This document shows, piece by piece, positions 1 through 9,655 of a stretch of 64,000 nt of DNA. Source of the stretch: an uncultured SAR116 cluster alpha proteobacterium (GTDB taxonomy: Bacteria > Pseudomonadota > Alphaproteobacteria > Puniceispirillales > Marisalimonadaceae); assembly GCA_902543145.1 (NCBI GenBank), contig CACBXG010000003.1, positions 91,088-155,087 of the forward strand. The letters are read 5' to 3'. The position numbers were made by a program, and so were the translations under genes. Each line of letters begins with the position of its first letter. Position 1 is the first letter of the stretch. The notes beneath the pieces are model-generated. The model was not told the origin of the DNA, searched no databases, and saw only the letters and a program-made list of their open reading frames with translations.

Positions 1-283
1 GTGCATTTATAGCATTAATGAAATAAGCTTGTTGTTCTGCTCTATTAAATAATGCTCTTGATCCCATTCCCATTTGGAAAGCTCCATTTGCTTTACCATG
101 TGCAATCTTAAAACGTAAACTACTTATTCCATCTTCTCCTAAACATGCTTTGATTGCACCACGATGATCTAAAACTACAACCATTATAGGATTAATTTTA
201 ATTTCTCTTGCTTTTTTAATAGAGTTTTGGATTATCAAATTTACTTTTTCTAGGGTAATGTGTTCCATAATTATCTCTGACAT
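1..283 (-). CDS. GlcG/HbpS-family heme-binding protein (5' part; runs off the window)
   Basis: Manual translation MSEIIMEHITLEKV...VVVLDHRGAIKACLGEDG...IAHGKANGA matches the DUF336/GlcG pattern; GGAG RBS upstream of ATG at 283. Confidence 0.75.
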   Translation of the reverse strand, partial: MSEIIMEHITLEKVNLIIQNSIKKAREIKINPIMVVVLDHRGAIKACLGEDGISSLRFKIAHGKANGAFQMGMGSRALFNRAEQQAYFINAINA

Positions 284-389
284 ATAAATTCTCCATATTG
301 GTTTATAAATTTTAAATTTTTTTTAACTTATATACTTATTTATGCTATTAAACTTAAATCTTCTATATTTAAATTTTAAATAAAACAAA

Positions 390-1379
390 ATGTCACCTAA
401 ATCAAATTATCTTAATTTTTTAAAACTAAATGAAAAAAAACTAAATACACCTGATGTTAAAATTGTAACTGCTTTTTACAAATTTTTTGAAGTTTCAGAT
501 ACCGTTGCATTACAAAATTCATTAAAATCAATTTTCAATAAGACTGAAATTAACGGTACAATTTTAATAGCAAAAGAAGGTGTTAATGGAACAATAGCAG
601 GAACAAAAAATGAGATTACAGTAGCATTAGAAAAACTTTGGTGTTTAGATTTTTTAATTGATTTAGAGCCTAAATACTCGTTAGCCTATAAAAATCCTTT
701 CTTCAGAATGAAAATAAGACTAAAGAAAGAGATTGTTACAATTGGATTGCCAGAAATCTCACCCAAAAAGTTTGTTGGAGATTATGTTAAGCCAGAAAAT
801 TGGAATGATTTAATATCAGATAAAAATTTGTTGTTAATTGATACAAGAAATAGTTATGAAGTATCAATAGGCTCTTTCGAAAATGCTGTAAATCCAAATA
901 TAAAAAATTTTAGAGAATTCCCAGATTGGGTTAATAAAAATTTAATAAATAAAGATCCTGAAATTAAAAATAAAAAAATTGCTATGTTTTGTACTGGTGG
1001 TATTAGATGTGAAAAATCTACATCTTATTTAAGGTCTCTTGGTTTTGAAGAAGTATATCATTTAGAGGGTGGAATTTTAAAATATCTTGAAAAAATTCCA
1101 AAAAATGTAAGTAAATGGAATGGAAGTTGTTTTGTATTTGATTATAGAGTTTCTGTTGATCACAACTTAGAACTAGGTCATTATGAAATGTGTTTTGCTT
1201 GTAGAATGCCAATAAGTCAAAATGATAAAATGCATAAGTATTTTGTCCAGGGAGAGAGTTGCCATCATTGTTTTAAATCTTCAAACGATAAACAAAAAAA
1301 GAGATTTAAAGAACGCCAAAAACAAATTGAACTTTCCAGAAAAAAAAATGAAACCCACATTGGTAAAGTTAGGTCTTAA
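390..1379 (+). CDS. trhO: tRNA uridine(34) hydroxylase, rhodanese-domain (YceA/TrhO)
   Basis: FYKF, GTILIAKEGVNGT, IDTRNSYE, MFCTGGIRCEK, LEGGILKYLE and CFVFD motifs. Confidence 0.88.
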   Translation: MSPKSNYLNFLKLNEKKLNTPDVKIVTAFYKFFEVSDTVALQNSLKSIFNKTEINGTILIAKEGVNGTIAGTKNEITVALEKLWCLDFLIDLEPKYSLAYKNPFFRMKIRLKKEIVTIGLPEISPKKFVGDYVKPENWNDLISDKNLLLIDTRNSYEVSIGSFENAVNPNIKNFREFPDWVNKNLINKDPEIKNKKIAMFCTGGIRCEKSTSYLRSLGFEEVYHLEGGILKYLEKIPKNVSKWNGSCFVFDYRVSVDHNLELGHYEMCFACRMPISQNDKMHKYFVQGESCHHCFKSSNDKQKKRFKERQKQIELSRKKNETHIGKVRS

Positions 1380-1380
1380 T

Positions 1381-1755
1381 TTAGTTAAATAAACTAAGAA
1401 CTGTTTCTGGAGGCCTTCCAATAACTGATTTGATTAACTTATTATTTTGATATTTACAAATTATTGGCCTTTGCAATAAAATAGGATATTTATAAATATA
1501 ATTAATTATTGCATCTTTAGACAAATCTTTTTTTGTTAATTTTAATTCTTTATATGAACTTTCATTCGTTCTTATTATTTCGTCTTCAGATATTTTATTT
1601 AAGCTAAGTATGGATTTAAGTTCAATAATATCAATTCCATCTTCTAAGTATTTTATTATTTTAAAATCTTTGGTTTTGGAATTGAGAATTTCTAATGCTT
1701 TTCTGGATTTTGAACATTTTGGGTTATGATAGATATTAAAACTAATCTTTTTCAT
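1381..1755 (-). CDS. ArsC/Spx-family glutaredoxin-dependent arsenate reductase-like protein
   Basis: IYHNPKCSKSR, LLQRPI and IGRPPE motifs. Confidence 0.82.
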   Translation of the reverse strand: MKKISFNIYHNPKCSKSRKALEILNSKTKDFKIIKYLEDGIDIIELKSILSLNKISEDEIIRTNESSYKELKLTKKDLSKDAIINYIYKYPILLQRPIICKYQNNKLIKSVIGRPPETVLSLFN

Positions 1756-2768
1756 AACAACCCCCCATTGCCCATATCATTAATGTCCTCTGAAGAAATT
1801 TTTAAATCACATAATTTTCTCCATAAGATCCAATCAACACCATTTTCTTTTTTTGATCTGGCGCATCCAGGCATGCCAATTATTGAAATATGTTTGTTTG
1901 AAATTTTAATATCAGCTAGCAGAATTAAATTTCCAGGTTCAACTGGCATTCCTAAACGTAAAATAGTACCATTAATCTGAATTATTGACTGCGGTATTAT
2001 ATCATTAATGTCAGATATAGCAGATGTGCCAAATATTAAAATTATATCTGCATCTTCATTAACACTTTTTTTTAATTGCTCACATATAGATTTAATTTCA
2101 TGAGAACATTTTTTTTCATTAATTTTATTAATTCCACAAGATGACAATCTATCCTTTGTAACTTCTAAAGTTTTTTCTAAAATTTTTGTACGAGTATTTT
2201 CATTAGTTGTTTGAATAAGATGAATATTTTTTTTTTGAAAAGGTGAAATTTTAAAACAATCTTCACAAATATTCATTATATCTTGAAGATTATGTTTTTT
2301 AATTCCAAAAGGAATAGCTTTAATTGATGCAACCACCTGATTTTTTTTTACCTTTGAATAAGCTCTTAAAGAAGCTATTCCAATGTCATTTGTTACGGAA
2401 TTGATAGAAAGCAGTTGGTTTGGTTGAAATATTATTATTCCATCAACACTTGATACTAAGTTGCATCTTCCATTTTTTGGTTCTTGAGTTTTAATATTTG
2501 ATTTCTTCGTAGTAATAATCTTTTTTGATATCTTATGAACTGCTGAGTTTTCATCAATTTCATCGTCATCCAACTTAGCACATTTTATGCTTTCAACGTT
2601 ATTTAACAATAAAAGATCAAGTAAATTTTTGTTGATAACTGTTCCTTTTGAAATTTTTATTTTATTTTTATCTTTATAAATTTCTATTGAGGATGATAGA
2701 ATTCCGCCTAAAGATGACCCTGTTTTCACTTCACCAAAAAACATTTGTTTCCTTATTGATAGTTTCAC
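1752..2768 (-). CDS. Molybdopterin-binding (MoeA-like domain) protein
   Basis: NGRCNL, DINDIIPQSI, LRLGMPVEPGNL, GMPGCARS and C-terminal MGNGGLL; true start probably the internal MFFGEVK. Confidence 0.75.
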   Translation of the reverse strand: MKLSIRKQMFFGEVKTGSSLGGILSSSIEIYKDKNKIKISKGTVINKNLLDLLLLNNVESIKCAKLDDDEIDENSAVHKISKKIITTKKSNIKTQEPKNGRCNLVSSVDGIIIFQPNQLLSINSVTNDIGIASLRAYSKVKKNQVVASIKAIPFGIKKHNLQDIMNICEDCFKISPFQKKNIHLIQTTNENTRTKILEKTLEVTKDRLSSCGINKINEKKCSHEIKSICEQLKKSVNEDADIILIFGTSAISDINDIIPQSIIQINGTILRLGMPVEPGNLILLADIKISNKHISIIGMPGCARSKKENGVDWILWRKLCDLKISSEDINDMGNGGLL

Positions 2769-2879
2769 AGCTTAATAACATATAATATCTCAACAAAAAT
2801 GTTAAATAATTTGACTTATATATATAAAAAATCTTGACGATATGACTTTCTAGAGATATCTAGACAATTATAAATGTAT

Positions 2880-2955
2880 GGGGCTGTAGCTCAATTGGGA
2901 GAGCGCCTGCTTTGCAAGCAGGAGGTCGTCGGTTCGATCCCGTCCAGCTCCACCA
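2880..2955 (+). tRNA. tRNA-Ala(TGC)
   Basis: GGGGCTGTAGCTCAATTGG...TTTGCAA...GGTTCGATCC...CAGCTCCACCA; 76 nt cloverleaf with G3:U70. Confidence 0.97.
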
Positions 2956-2988
2956 TATTTAATATATTTTAAAAGGTGAGAGTGAATT

Positions 2989-3174
2989 ATGGCTGTACCA
3001 AAAAGTAAAATTACCAGATCCAGAAGAGGAATGAGACGTTCTCATGATTCCTTAAGCCCAGACGCGTATGTTGAAAGCAAAGATACTGGTGAACTACATA
3101 GACCTCATCATATTGACCTTAAAACGGGTATGTATAAAGGCAGACAAGTATTAAATGTTAAGTCAAAGACCTAA
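2989..3174 (+). CDS. rpmF: 50S ribosomal protein L32
   Basis: [19 protein letters not shown]...HRPHH...GMYKGRQV. Confidence 0.95.
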   Translation: MAVPKSKITRSRRGMRRSHDSLSPDAYVESKDTGELHRPHHIDLKTGMYKGRQVLNVKSKT

Positions 3175-3210
3175 CTTTATAAATTTTATCAAAATATTTA
3201 AGGTAAATGA

Positions 3211-3612
3211 ATGTCTAATAAAAAAAAAGATGAAGTTAAAATAGATAATTCTATTTCTGAAACAAAAAACTCAAACAATATCAAAGTTTACAAGGATCCT
3301 TTATTTAACATAGGCGATATTGTTAAACATCGTATTTATCCTTTTAGAGGAGTAATTGTAGATGTTGATCCTGAATTTTCCAATACTGAAGAGTGGTATC
3401 AATCCATACCTGCAGAAATTAGACCCTCCCGAAATCAGCCTTATTATCATCTGATGGCTGAAAATACAGAAACTTTCTACACAGCTTATGTGTCTCAACA
3501 AAATTTAGTAGATGATGGAGAAAATGGTCCTCTTGAACATCCAGACTTAGATGAAATTTTCAGTGGTATGAAAAAAGGAAAATATCACTTAAGAAATGAA
3601 GTTAGAAATTAA
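3211..3612 (+). CDS. hspQ: Heat shock protein HspQ (hemimethylated DNA-binding YccV family)
   Basis: FNIGDIVKHRIYPFRGVIVDVDP, QPYYHL and YVSQQNL motifs. Confidence 0.88.
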   Translation: MSNKKKDEVKIDNSISETKNSNNIKVYKDPLFNIGDIVKHRIYPFRGVIVDVDPEFSNTEEWYQSIPAEIRPSRNQPYYHLMAENTETFYTAYVSQQNLVDDGENGPLEHPDLDEIFSGMKKGKYHLRNEVRN

Positions 3613-3659
3613 TTAACTTTAATCTTTAATTAGTACTATAAGTGTACTATATAAATTAC

Positions 3660-4121
3660 ATGATAAAACTTAGCAAGATGACCGATTACGCTGTCGTTTG
3701 CCTCGGCACTTTAGCTCGCAGACCTGGGTATTCTATGTCGGCTAATGAATTATCAAAAGAAACTGGACTAGCATTATATACAGTTCAAAAGTTATTAAAA
3801 TTACTTGTCTCAAAAAGTGATTTTGTTAAGGCAAATCGTGGAGCACTTGGGGGTTATATGATAAGCAGAAATTCTTCAGAAATTTCAGTTGTAGAAATTA
3901 TAGAAGCACTTGATGGACCAATAACTTTAACATCATGTGTTGACAATTCTGAGAGTTTTTGTGAATCCAGCGACATTTGTTTTTTAGGTGGAAAATGGAA
4001 CAAAATTAATGAGATTATTAGAAAATCTCTTAATGACGTATCTTTAAAAGAGCTTTTAAGTTATGAAAATCCATTTTTAATAGATGATAATAAAGATGCT
4101 TTGATTGATAGAATAAATTAA
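3660..4121 (+). CDS. Rrf2-family SUF system regulator
   Basis: [29 protein letters not shown] and three Cys; first gene of suf operon; start set at the ATG at 3660. Confidence 0.85.
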   Translation: MIKLSKMTDYAVVCLGTLARRPGYSMSANELSKETGLALYTVQKLLKLLVSKSDFVKANRGALGGYMISRNSSEISVVEIIEALDGPITLTSCVDNSESFCESSDICFLGGKWNKINEIIRKSLNDVSLKELLSYENPFLIDDNKDALIDRIN

Positions 4122-4132
4122 AAGGAAATTAC

Positions 4133-5584
4133 ATGGTTGCTACTCAAGAAACAATTGATAAAGTTAAGGAAGTTTCTAGTACTTATAAATATGGTTTTGT
4201 TACTGACCTTGAAGCTGAAAAAGCTCCACTTGGTCTAAGTGAAGATATTGTTAAGTTTATTTCACATAAGAAAAAAGAACCTAAATGGTTATTGGAATGG
4301 AGACTAAAAGCTTATAAAAAATGGCTTTCAATGGAAGCTCCTAATTGGGCTATGGTTGATTTTCCTAAAATTAATTTTCAAGATATTTATTATTATTCAG
4401 CTCCTAAAACCAAACCAAAATTAAATAGTCTTGATGAGGTTGATCCAGAATTATTAAGAACTTATGAAAAATTAGGAATACCGATTAAAGAACAAGAAGT
4501 TTTGGCAGGCGTTGCAGTAGACTATGTATTCGATTCTGTCTCAGTTGCAACCACATTTAGAGAAAAATTAGCTAAAGAAGGTATAATTTTTTGCCCTATT
4601 TCGGAAGCAGTTCAGACTCATCCTGATCTTGTACAAAAATATATTGGATCAGTAATACCAATTAGTGATAATTATTATGCTGCTTTAAATTCTGCTGTTT
4701 TTACAGATGGGTCTTTTGTCTATATCCCAAAAGGTGTTAAGTGCCCTATGGAGTTATCAACCTACTTCCGAATTAATGAACAAAATTCTGGACAGTTTGA
4801 AAGGACACTTATTATTGCAGAAGATGATACATATGTTTCTTACCTTGAAGGATGTACTGCTCCACAAAGAGATGAAAATCAACTTCACGCAGCAGTAGTA
4901 GAATTAGTTGCAATGAATAACGCTGAGATAAAGTATTCAACAGTTCAAAACTGGTATCCAGGTGACAAAGATGGCAATGGTGGTATTTACAATTTTGTTA
5001 CTAAAAGAGGAAATTGTATTGGAAAAAAATCTAAAATTTCATGGACACAAGTGGAAACTGGTTCTGCTATCACATGGAAATACCCATCATGTGTACTTAA
5101 AGGGGATGATTCAGTTGGAGAATTTTACTCAGTAGCCGTTGCTAACAACGCACAACAAGCTGATACTGGTACAAAAATGATTCATATAGGAAAAAACACA
5201 AAATCAACTATTATTTCAAAAGGAATTTCAGCTGGTAAAGCCCAAAACACTTATAGAGGCCAAGTTCAAATACAAAAAAATGCAAAAGGTTCAAGAAATT
5301 TTACTCAATGCGACTCCTTACTAATTGGTGACAAATGTGGTGCACACACTGTTCCATATATTAATCAATTCACACCCCATGCTCGGGTTGAACATGAAGC
5401 AACGACATCAAAAATATCTGAAGATCAACTTTTTTATTGTTTACAAAGAGGTCTTGATACAGAACAGGCTACATCGTTAATCGTCAATGGTTTTTGTAAA
5501 GAAGTTATGAAAGAATTACCCATGGAGTTTGCAGTTGAAGCACAAAAACTGATAGGAATTAGTTTGGAAGGATCAGTTGGGTGA
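4133..5584 (+). CDS. sufB: Fe-S cluster assembly protein SufB
   Basis: [29 protein letters not shown] and C-terminal ISLEGSVG. Confidence 0.97.
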   Translation: MVATQETIDKVKEVSSTYKYGFVTDLEAEKAPLGLSEDIVKFISHKKKEPKWLLEWRLKAYKKWLSMEAPNWAMVDFPKINFQDIYYYSAPKTKPKLNSLDEVDPELLRTYEKLGIPIKEQEVLAGVAVDYVFDSVSVATTFREKLAKEGIIFCPISEAVQTHPDLVQKYIGSVIPISDNYYAALNSAVFTDGSFVYIPKGVKCPMELSTYFRINEQNSGQFERTLIIAEDDTYVSYLEGCTAPQRDENQLHAAVVELVAMNNAEIKYSTVQNWYPGDKDGNGGIYNFVTKRGNCIGKKSKISWTQVETGSAITWKYPSCVLKGDDSVGEFYSVAVANNAQQADTGTKMIHIGKNTKSTIISKGISAGKAQNTYRGQVQIQKNAKGSRNFTQCDSLLIGDKCGAHTVPYINQFTPHARVEHEATTSKISEDQLFYCLQRGLDTEQATSLIVNGFCKEVMKELPMEFAVEAQKLIGISLEGSVG

Positions 5585-5615
5585 TTTAAAATAGTTTACT
5601 AATATTGGAAGAAAT

Positions 5616-6368
5616 ATGTCACTACTTGAAATTAAAAATGCAAAATTAAAACTTGATGATAAAGATATTCTGAAAGGTTTGTCTTTATCAGTAAGTAAGG
5701 GTGAGGTTCACGCTATTATGGGGCCTAATGGCTCAGGTAAAAGTACTTTATCATACATGTTAGCTGGAAGAGAAGGTTACGAATTAGAAAGTGGAGAAGT
5801 TTTTTTAGAGGGACAGTCTTTGTCAAACATGGAGGCTGACGAGAGAGCAAGGTCTGGTTTGTTTTTAGCTTTTCAATATCCTGTTGAATTACCAGGTGTA
5901 GGTGGAATGAGTTTTTTAAGAGAAGCTGTTAATTCTCGAAGAAAATTTCTAGGGGAGGAAGAACTAGATCATTTAGCATTTGTAAAAGAATCTAGAAAAG
6001 TTGCTTCAAAAATGTTTGTTAAAGATGAGATGTTAAAAAGAGCTGTAAATGTTGGTTTTTCTGGTGGAGAAAAAAAACGTTTTGAAATATTACAAATGGC
6101 AATGCTTAAACCAAAAGTTTCAATTTTAGACGAAACTGATTCAGGTTTAGATGTTGATGCATTGAAAATAGTTTCGGATGGAGTAAATGCGCAAAGAAAT
6201 GATGATAATGCAATAGTTGTAATAACGCATTATCAAAGACTCTTAGATTATATAGTTCCAGATTTTGTTCATATTTTATCTGATGGTAGTATTATAAAAT
6301 CTGGAGGCCCTGAACTAGCACTGGAAGTTGAAAAAAATGGTTATGCAGGTTTGATAAATGCTGCATAA
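5616..6368 (+). CDS. sufC: Fe-S cluster assembly ATPase SufC
   Basis: GPNGSGKST, FLAFQYP, GFSGGEKKR and LDETDSGLDVD. Confidence 0.96.
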   Translation: MSLLEIKNAKLKLDDKDILKGLSLSVSKGEVHAIMGPNGSGKSTLSYMLAGREGYELESGEVFLEGQSLSNMEADERARSGLFLAFQYPVELPGVGGMSFLREAVNSRRKFLGEEELDHLAFVKESRKVASKMFVKDEMLKRAVNVGFSGGEKKRFEILQMAMLKPKVSILDETDSGLDVDALKIVSDGVNAQRNDDNAIVVITHYQRLLDYIVPDFVHILSDGSIIKSGGPELALEVEKNGYAGLINAA

Positions 6369-7617
6369 TGTTAGAGATAATTATATCATTTCAGTAAAAG
6401 ATCACGTTAGCCAATTTGAAGAAAAAAGTTTTAGAAAATTAGCATCGAATGATTTCAAAAGTTGGCCTAGTCCTCGAGAAGAAACTTGGAGATTAAGTAG
6501 GTTAGGTGTTTTATCTAGAAAAGAAATAACGCCAATAAAACCTAATTTCAAAAAACAAATTTCTTCTGTATCAAAGTTTAAAGGTTCTAAAATAATAAGA
6601 TTTGTAGATGGTGCTCTTCGAGAAGATTTATCATCCAAATTACCACCAGGTTCGTCTTTGAATATTTTAGGAGAAGAGGATTCCCTTATTTGCTTTCATA
6701 AATTTAAAAATAGTAACTTGAAAAATCATCCTTCTACAAACGTCTCATTTTCATGTACCCCTTCAATAGTAAAATTAACAATAGAAAAAGATGTAAAGAT
6801 AACAGATCTTTTTGAAATAATTTATGAAGGTGGTGATAACAATTTATCTGTTCATCCTGCTTTGTATATAGAGTTAAAAGACAACAGTAGCATAACAATA
6901 ATTGAACGATTTAACCATTTAAGTTCTCTTATTATGCCTTTACAATTAGTTGAACTAAAAAAAAATGCTTCAATGAATTCATTGAAAATTTTTAATGATA
7001 ATCAACAATCTTACAATTTGTCAGCTAATTGTACTTTTTTATCAGAAAAATCTAATTATAACTCTTTTTCTTTAATTAAAGGTGGCTTGTTTACGCGCTC
7101 AGAAACTCATGCTTATCTAACAGGAGAAAACTGCAATCTAAATCTTAATGGAGTATACTTATCTTCTAAAAATCAACACCATGACCTAACTACAGCTATA
7201 TATCATGACGTACCTAATTGTACTTCAAAACAAATTGTCAGAGGTGTATTGGGTGGTAAAGCTACAGGCGTTTTTCAAGGTAAAGTTAGGGTTGCTCTAG
7301 ATGCACAGAAAACTGATGGCCAACAAATGAGTAGGGCTATTCTATTATCAGAAAATGCAATTGCAAACGCAAAACCTGAGCTTGAAATTTATGCAGATGA
7401 TGTAATTTGTGCACATGGCGCAACTGTTGGAGAGATTGACGATGAACAACTGTTTTATCTTAAAAGTAGAGGGATCTCAGAAAAAAATGCAAAGCAAATA
7501 CTTATAACCGCTTTTCTTAGGGATATCATTAATGAGTCAGTTGAAAAATCTATTCAAAATTTTGTTTTTGAAGAAGCCGAGCTAGCATTGTCAGAAATTA
7601 TTAGTAAAGAAATATAA
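6358..7617 (+). CDS. sufD: Fe-S cluster assembly protein SufD
   Basis: GVFQGKV, AQKTDG, KPELEIYADDVICAHGAT and FYLKSRGI. Confidence 0.93.
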   Translation: MLHNVRDNYIISVKDHVSQFEEKSFRKLASNDFKSWPSPREETWRLSRLGVLSRKEITPIKPNFKKQISSVSKFKGSKIIRFVDGALREDLSSKLPPGSSLNILGEEDSLICFHKFKNSNLKNHPSTNVSFSCTPSIVKLTIEKDVKITDLFEIIYEGGDNNLSVHPALYIELKDNSSITIIERFNHLSSLIMPLQLVELKKNASMNSLKIFNDNQQSYNLSANCTFLSEKSNYNSFSLIKGGLFTRSETHAYLTGENCNLNLNGVYLSSKNQHHDLTTAIYHDVPNCTSKQIVRGVLGGKATGVFQGKVRVALDAQKTDGQQMSRAILLSENAIANAKPELEIYADDVICAHGATVGEIDDEQLFYLKSRGISEKNAKQILITAFLRDIINESVEKSIQNFVFEEAELALSEIISKEI

Positions 7618-7621
7618 TTAT

Positions 7622-8845
7622 ATGAAAGTATATGATACAAATATTATTAAAGATCAATTTCCAGCTCTTCAAAGGAAAGTTTGGGATAAAAAACTAGTTT
7701 ATCTTGACTCTGCTGCTTCTATGCAAAAACCTAAAAGAGTATTAGATGCTATAAGCAAAAGTTATTCCTTCAATTATTCTAATGTCCACAGAGGTCTTCA
7801 CAAGTTGTCTGAAGAGGCAACTGCCAACTACGAAGGTTCAAGAATAAAGGTAGCTAAATTTATAAATTGTTCTGAAAATGAAGTAATTTTTACATCTGGT
7901 GCTACTGCAGCATTAAATCTTGTAGCATATAGTTGGGGTATGAAAAATTTATCTGCCGGCGACGAAATAATTATTACCATTGCAGAACATCATGCTAATA
8001 TAGTTCCATGGCAAATTATTTCAGAACAAAAAAATGTTAAGATAAAAGCTGCACATGTCGATCCAAACTCTAACTTTAACCCAGATATAATTAGAGATTT
8101 AGTCACTGATAAAACTAAAATCATTGCTTTCCCGCATGTTTCTAATGTTTTAGGAACTACCTTTCCTGTAAGAGAAATCTGTAAAATAGCTAAAGAATGT
8201 GGAGCAATAAGTGTAGTAGATGGTTGTCAGGGTATTATACACGAAAAAGTTGATGTAATTGATCTAGATTGTGATTTTTACTGTTTTTCAGGACATAAAC
8301 TATATGGCCCCACTGGTATAGGAATTTTATTTGGAAAATATGACTTGTTAAATATGATGCCACCATTCTTAGGTGGTGGTGACATGATAGATATTGTAAA
8401 AATTCAAAAATCTACATATGCTGATCCTCCTTTAAGATTTGAAGCTGGAACACCACCAATTGTTGAAGCAATTGCATTGGGAGAAGCAATTGATTGGGTT
8501 AACGAAATCGGAATTGAAGAAATTGGCCGTCATGAAAAAAATATTATTGACTATGGTACTTCTTTGCTAGATTCAATTGATGGCGTAACTGTATTTGGTA
8601 AAGCTCCTAATAAAACAGGTGTTGTATCTTTCACAATGGATTGTGCTCATCCACATGATATTGCTACAATTATTGATAGAGAAGGGATTGCAGTAAGAGC
8701 AGGGCATCATTGCGCACAACCCTTGATGGATGCTTTTAAATTAGTTTCCACTACGAGAGCATCTGTCGGAGCCTATTCAACAAAAGAAGATTTTGATCAG
8801 TTAGCGAATTCACTTAAAAAAGTAAAAAAAATATTTGGTGTTTGA
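7622..8845 (+). CDS. sufS: Cysteine desulfurase SufS
   Basis: YLDSAAS, NVHRG, EHHANIVPW, FSGHK and RAGHHCAQP. Confidence 0.95.
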   Translation: MKVYDTNIIKDQFPALQRKVWDKKLVYLDSAASMQKPKRVLDAISKSYSFNYSNVHRGLHKLSEEATANYEGSRIKVAKFINCSENEVIFTSGATAALNLVAYSWGMKNLSAGDEIIITIAEHHANIVPWQIISEQKNVKIKAAHVDPNSNFNPDIIRDLVTDKTKIIAFPHVSNVLGTTFPVREICKIAKECGAISVVDGCQGIIHEKVDVIDLDCDFYCFSGHKLYGPTGIGILFGKYDLLNMMPPFLGGGDMIDIVKIQKSTYADPPLRFEAGTPPIVEAIALGEAIDWVNEIGIEEIGRHEKNIIDYGTSLLDSIDGVTVFGKAPNKTGVVSFTMDCAHPHDIATIIDREGIAVRAGHHCAQPLMDAFKLVSTTRASVGAYSTKEDFDQLANSLKKVKKIFGV

Positions 8846-8846
8846 T

Positions 8847-9263
8847 ATGAATAGTGATGACAAACTCCCATTATCAGCTTTTATGCCTCATCATTTTTCC
8901 TCTGATCCTCATGCACCTTTTATTGCAACAGCAGGTAAAAAAAATGATTGCCCTGTTAAATTAATTGATAAAAAAGAAATAGTTGCCAGCCTTAAAACTA
9001 TTCATGATCCTGAATTACCAGTAAATATTTATGATTTAGGACTTATATATGATATTAGGTTAATTGATAAAAATGATTTAAAAATTAAAATGTCTCTTAC
9101 AGCTCCAGGTTGTCCTGTAGCTGGAGAAATGCCTGGACAAGTTGCGAATACACTTGCAAAAATACCAAATATTGGCTTAATTGAGGTAGAGCTTGTTTGG
9201 GAACCCGCATGGACTAAAGATAGAATGAGTGAAGATGCAAAGTTGGCACTTGATATTTATTAA
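8847..9263 (+). CDS. sufT: SUF-associated DUF59/SufT protein
   Basis: DPELPVNIYDLGLIY, SLTAPGCP and VWEPAWTKDRMSE; start set at the ATG at 8847. Confidence 0.88.
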   Translation: MNSDDKLPLSAFMPHHFSSDPHAPFIATAGKKNDCPVKLIDKKEIVASLKTIHDPELPVNIYDLGLIYDIRLIDKNDLKIKMSLTAPGCPVAGEMPGQVANTLAKIPNIGLIEVELVWEPAWTKDRMSEDAKLALDIY

Positions 9264-9268
9264 TTCTC

Positions 9269-9628
9269 ATGGAGCCTAAAATGAATAATGAAAAAAAACC
9301 TTTATTAACTTTAACTGACGCAGCAGCTAATAGAGTTAAAGAATTAATGAGTAAAGCTGACTCAAAAGTTATTGGTCTTAGAATTGGTATTAAGACAGCT
9401 GGCTGTTCTGGTATGAAATATAATGTGGAATACGCAAAGGAAATTAAACCATTTGAAGAGAAAATTATATCAAAAGATATTACCATTTGCATTGATCCTG
9501 CTGCGATAATGTTCTTGATAGGATCTGAGATGGACTATAAAGAACAAAAATTTAGCTCAGGGTTTGAATTTAATAATCCAAATGAGATTGCACGTTGTGG
9601 ATGTGGTGAAAGTTTTACTGTAGCATAA
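9269..9628 (+). CDS. A-type Fe-S carrier (HesB/IscA/SufA family)
   Basis: TAGCSG, F.FNNPN and RCGCGESF. Confidence 0.92.
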   Translation: MEPKMNNEKKPLLTLTDAAANRVKELMSKADSKVIGLRIGIKTAGCSGMKYNVEYAKEIKPFEEKIISKDITICIDPAAIMFLIGSEMDYKEQKFSSGFEFNNPNEIARCGCGESFTVA

Positions 9629-9655
9629 AAATTCTGAATATTTTAGGAATAAACC

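Noticed and set aside
2989-3174. Cysteine-free L32 and one-Cys DksA as a special zinc-sparing adaptation
   Set aside because: These forms are normal for alphaproteobacteria.
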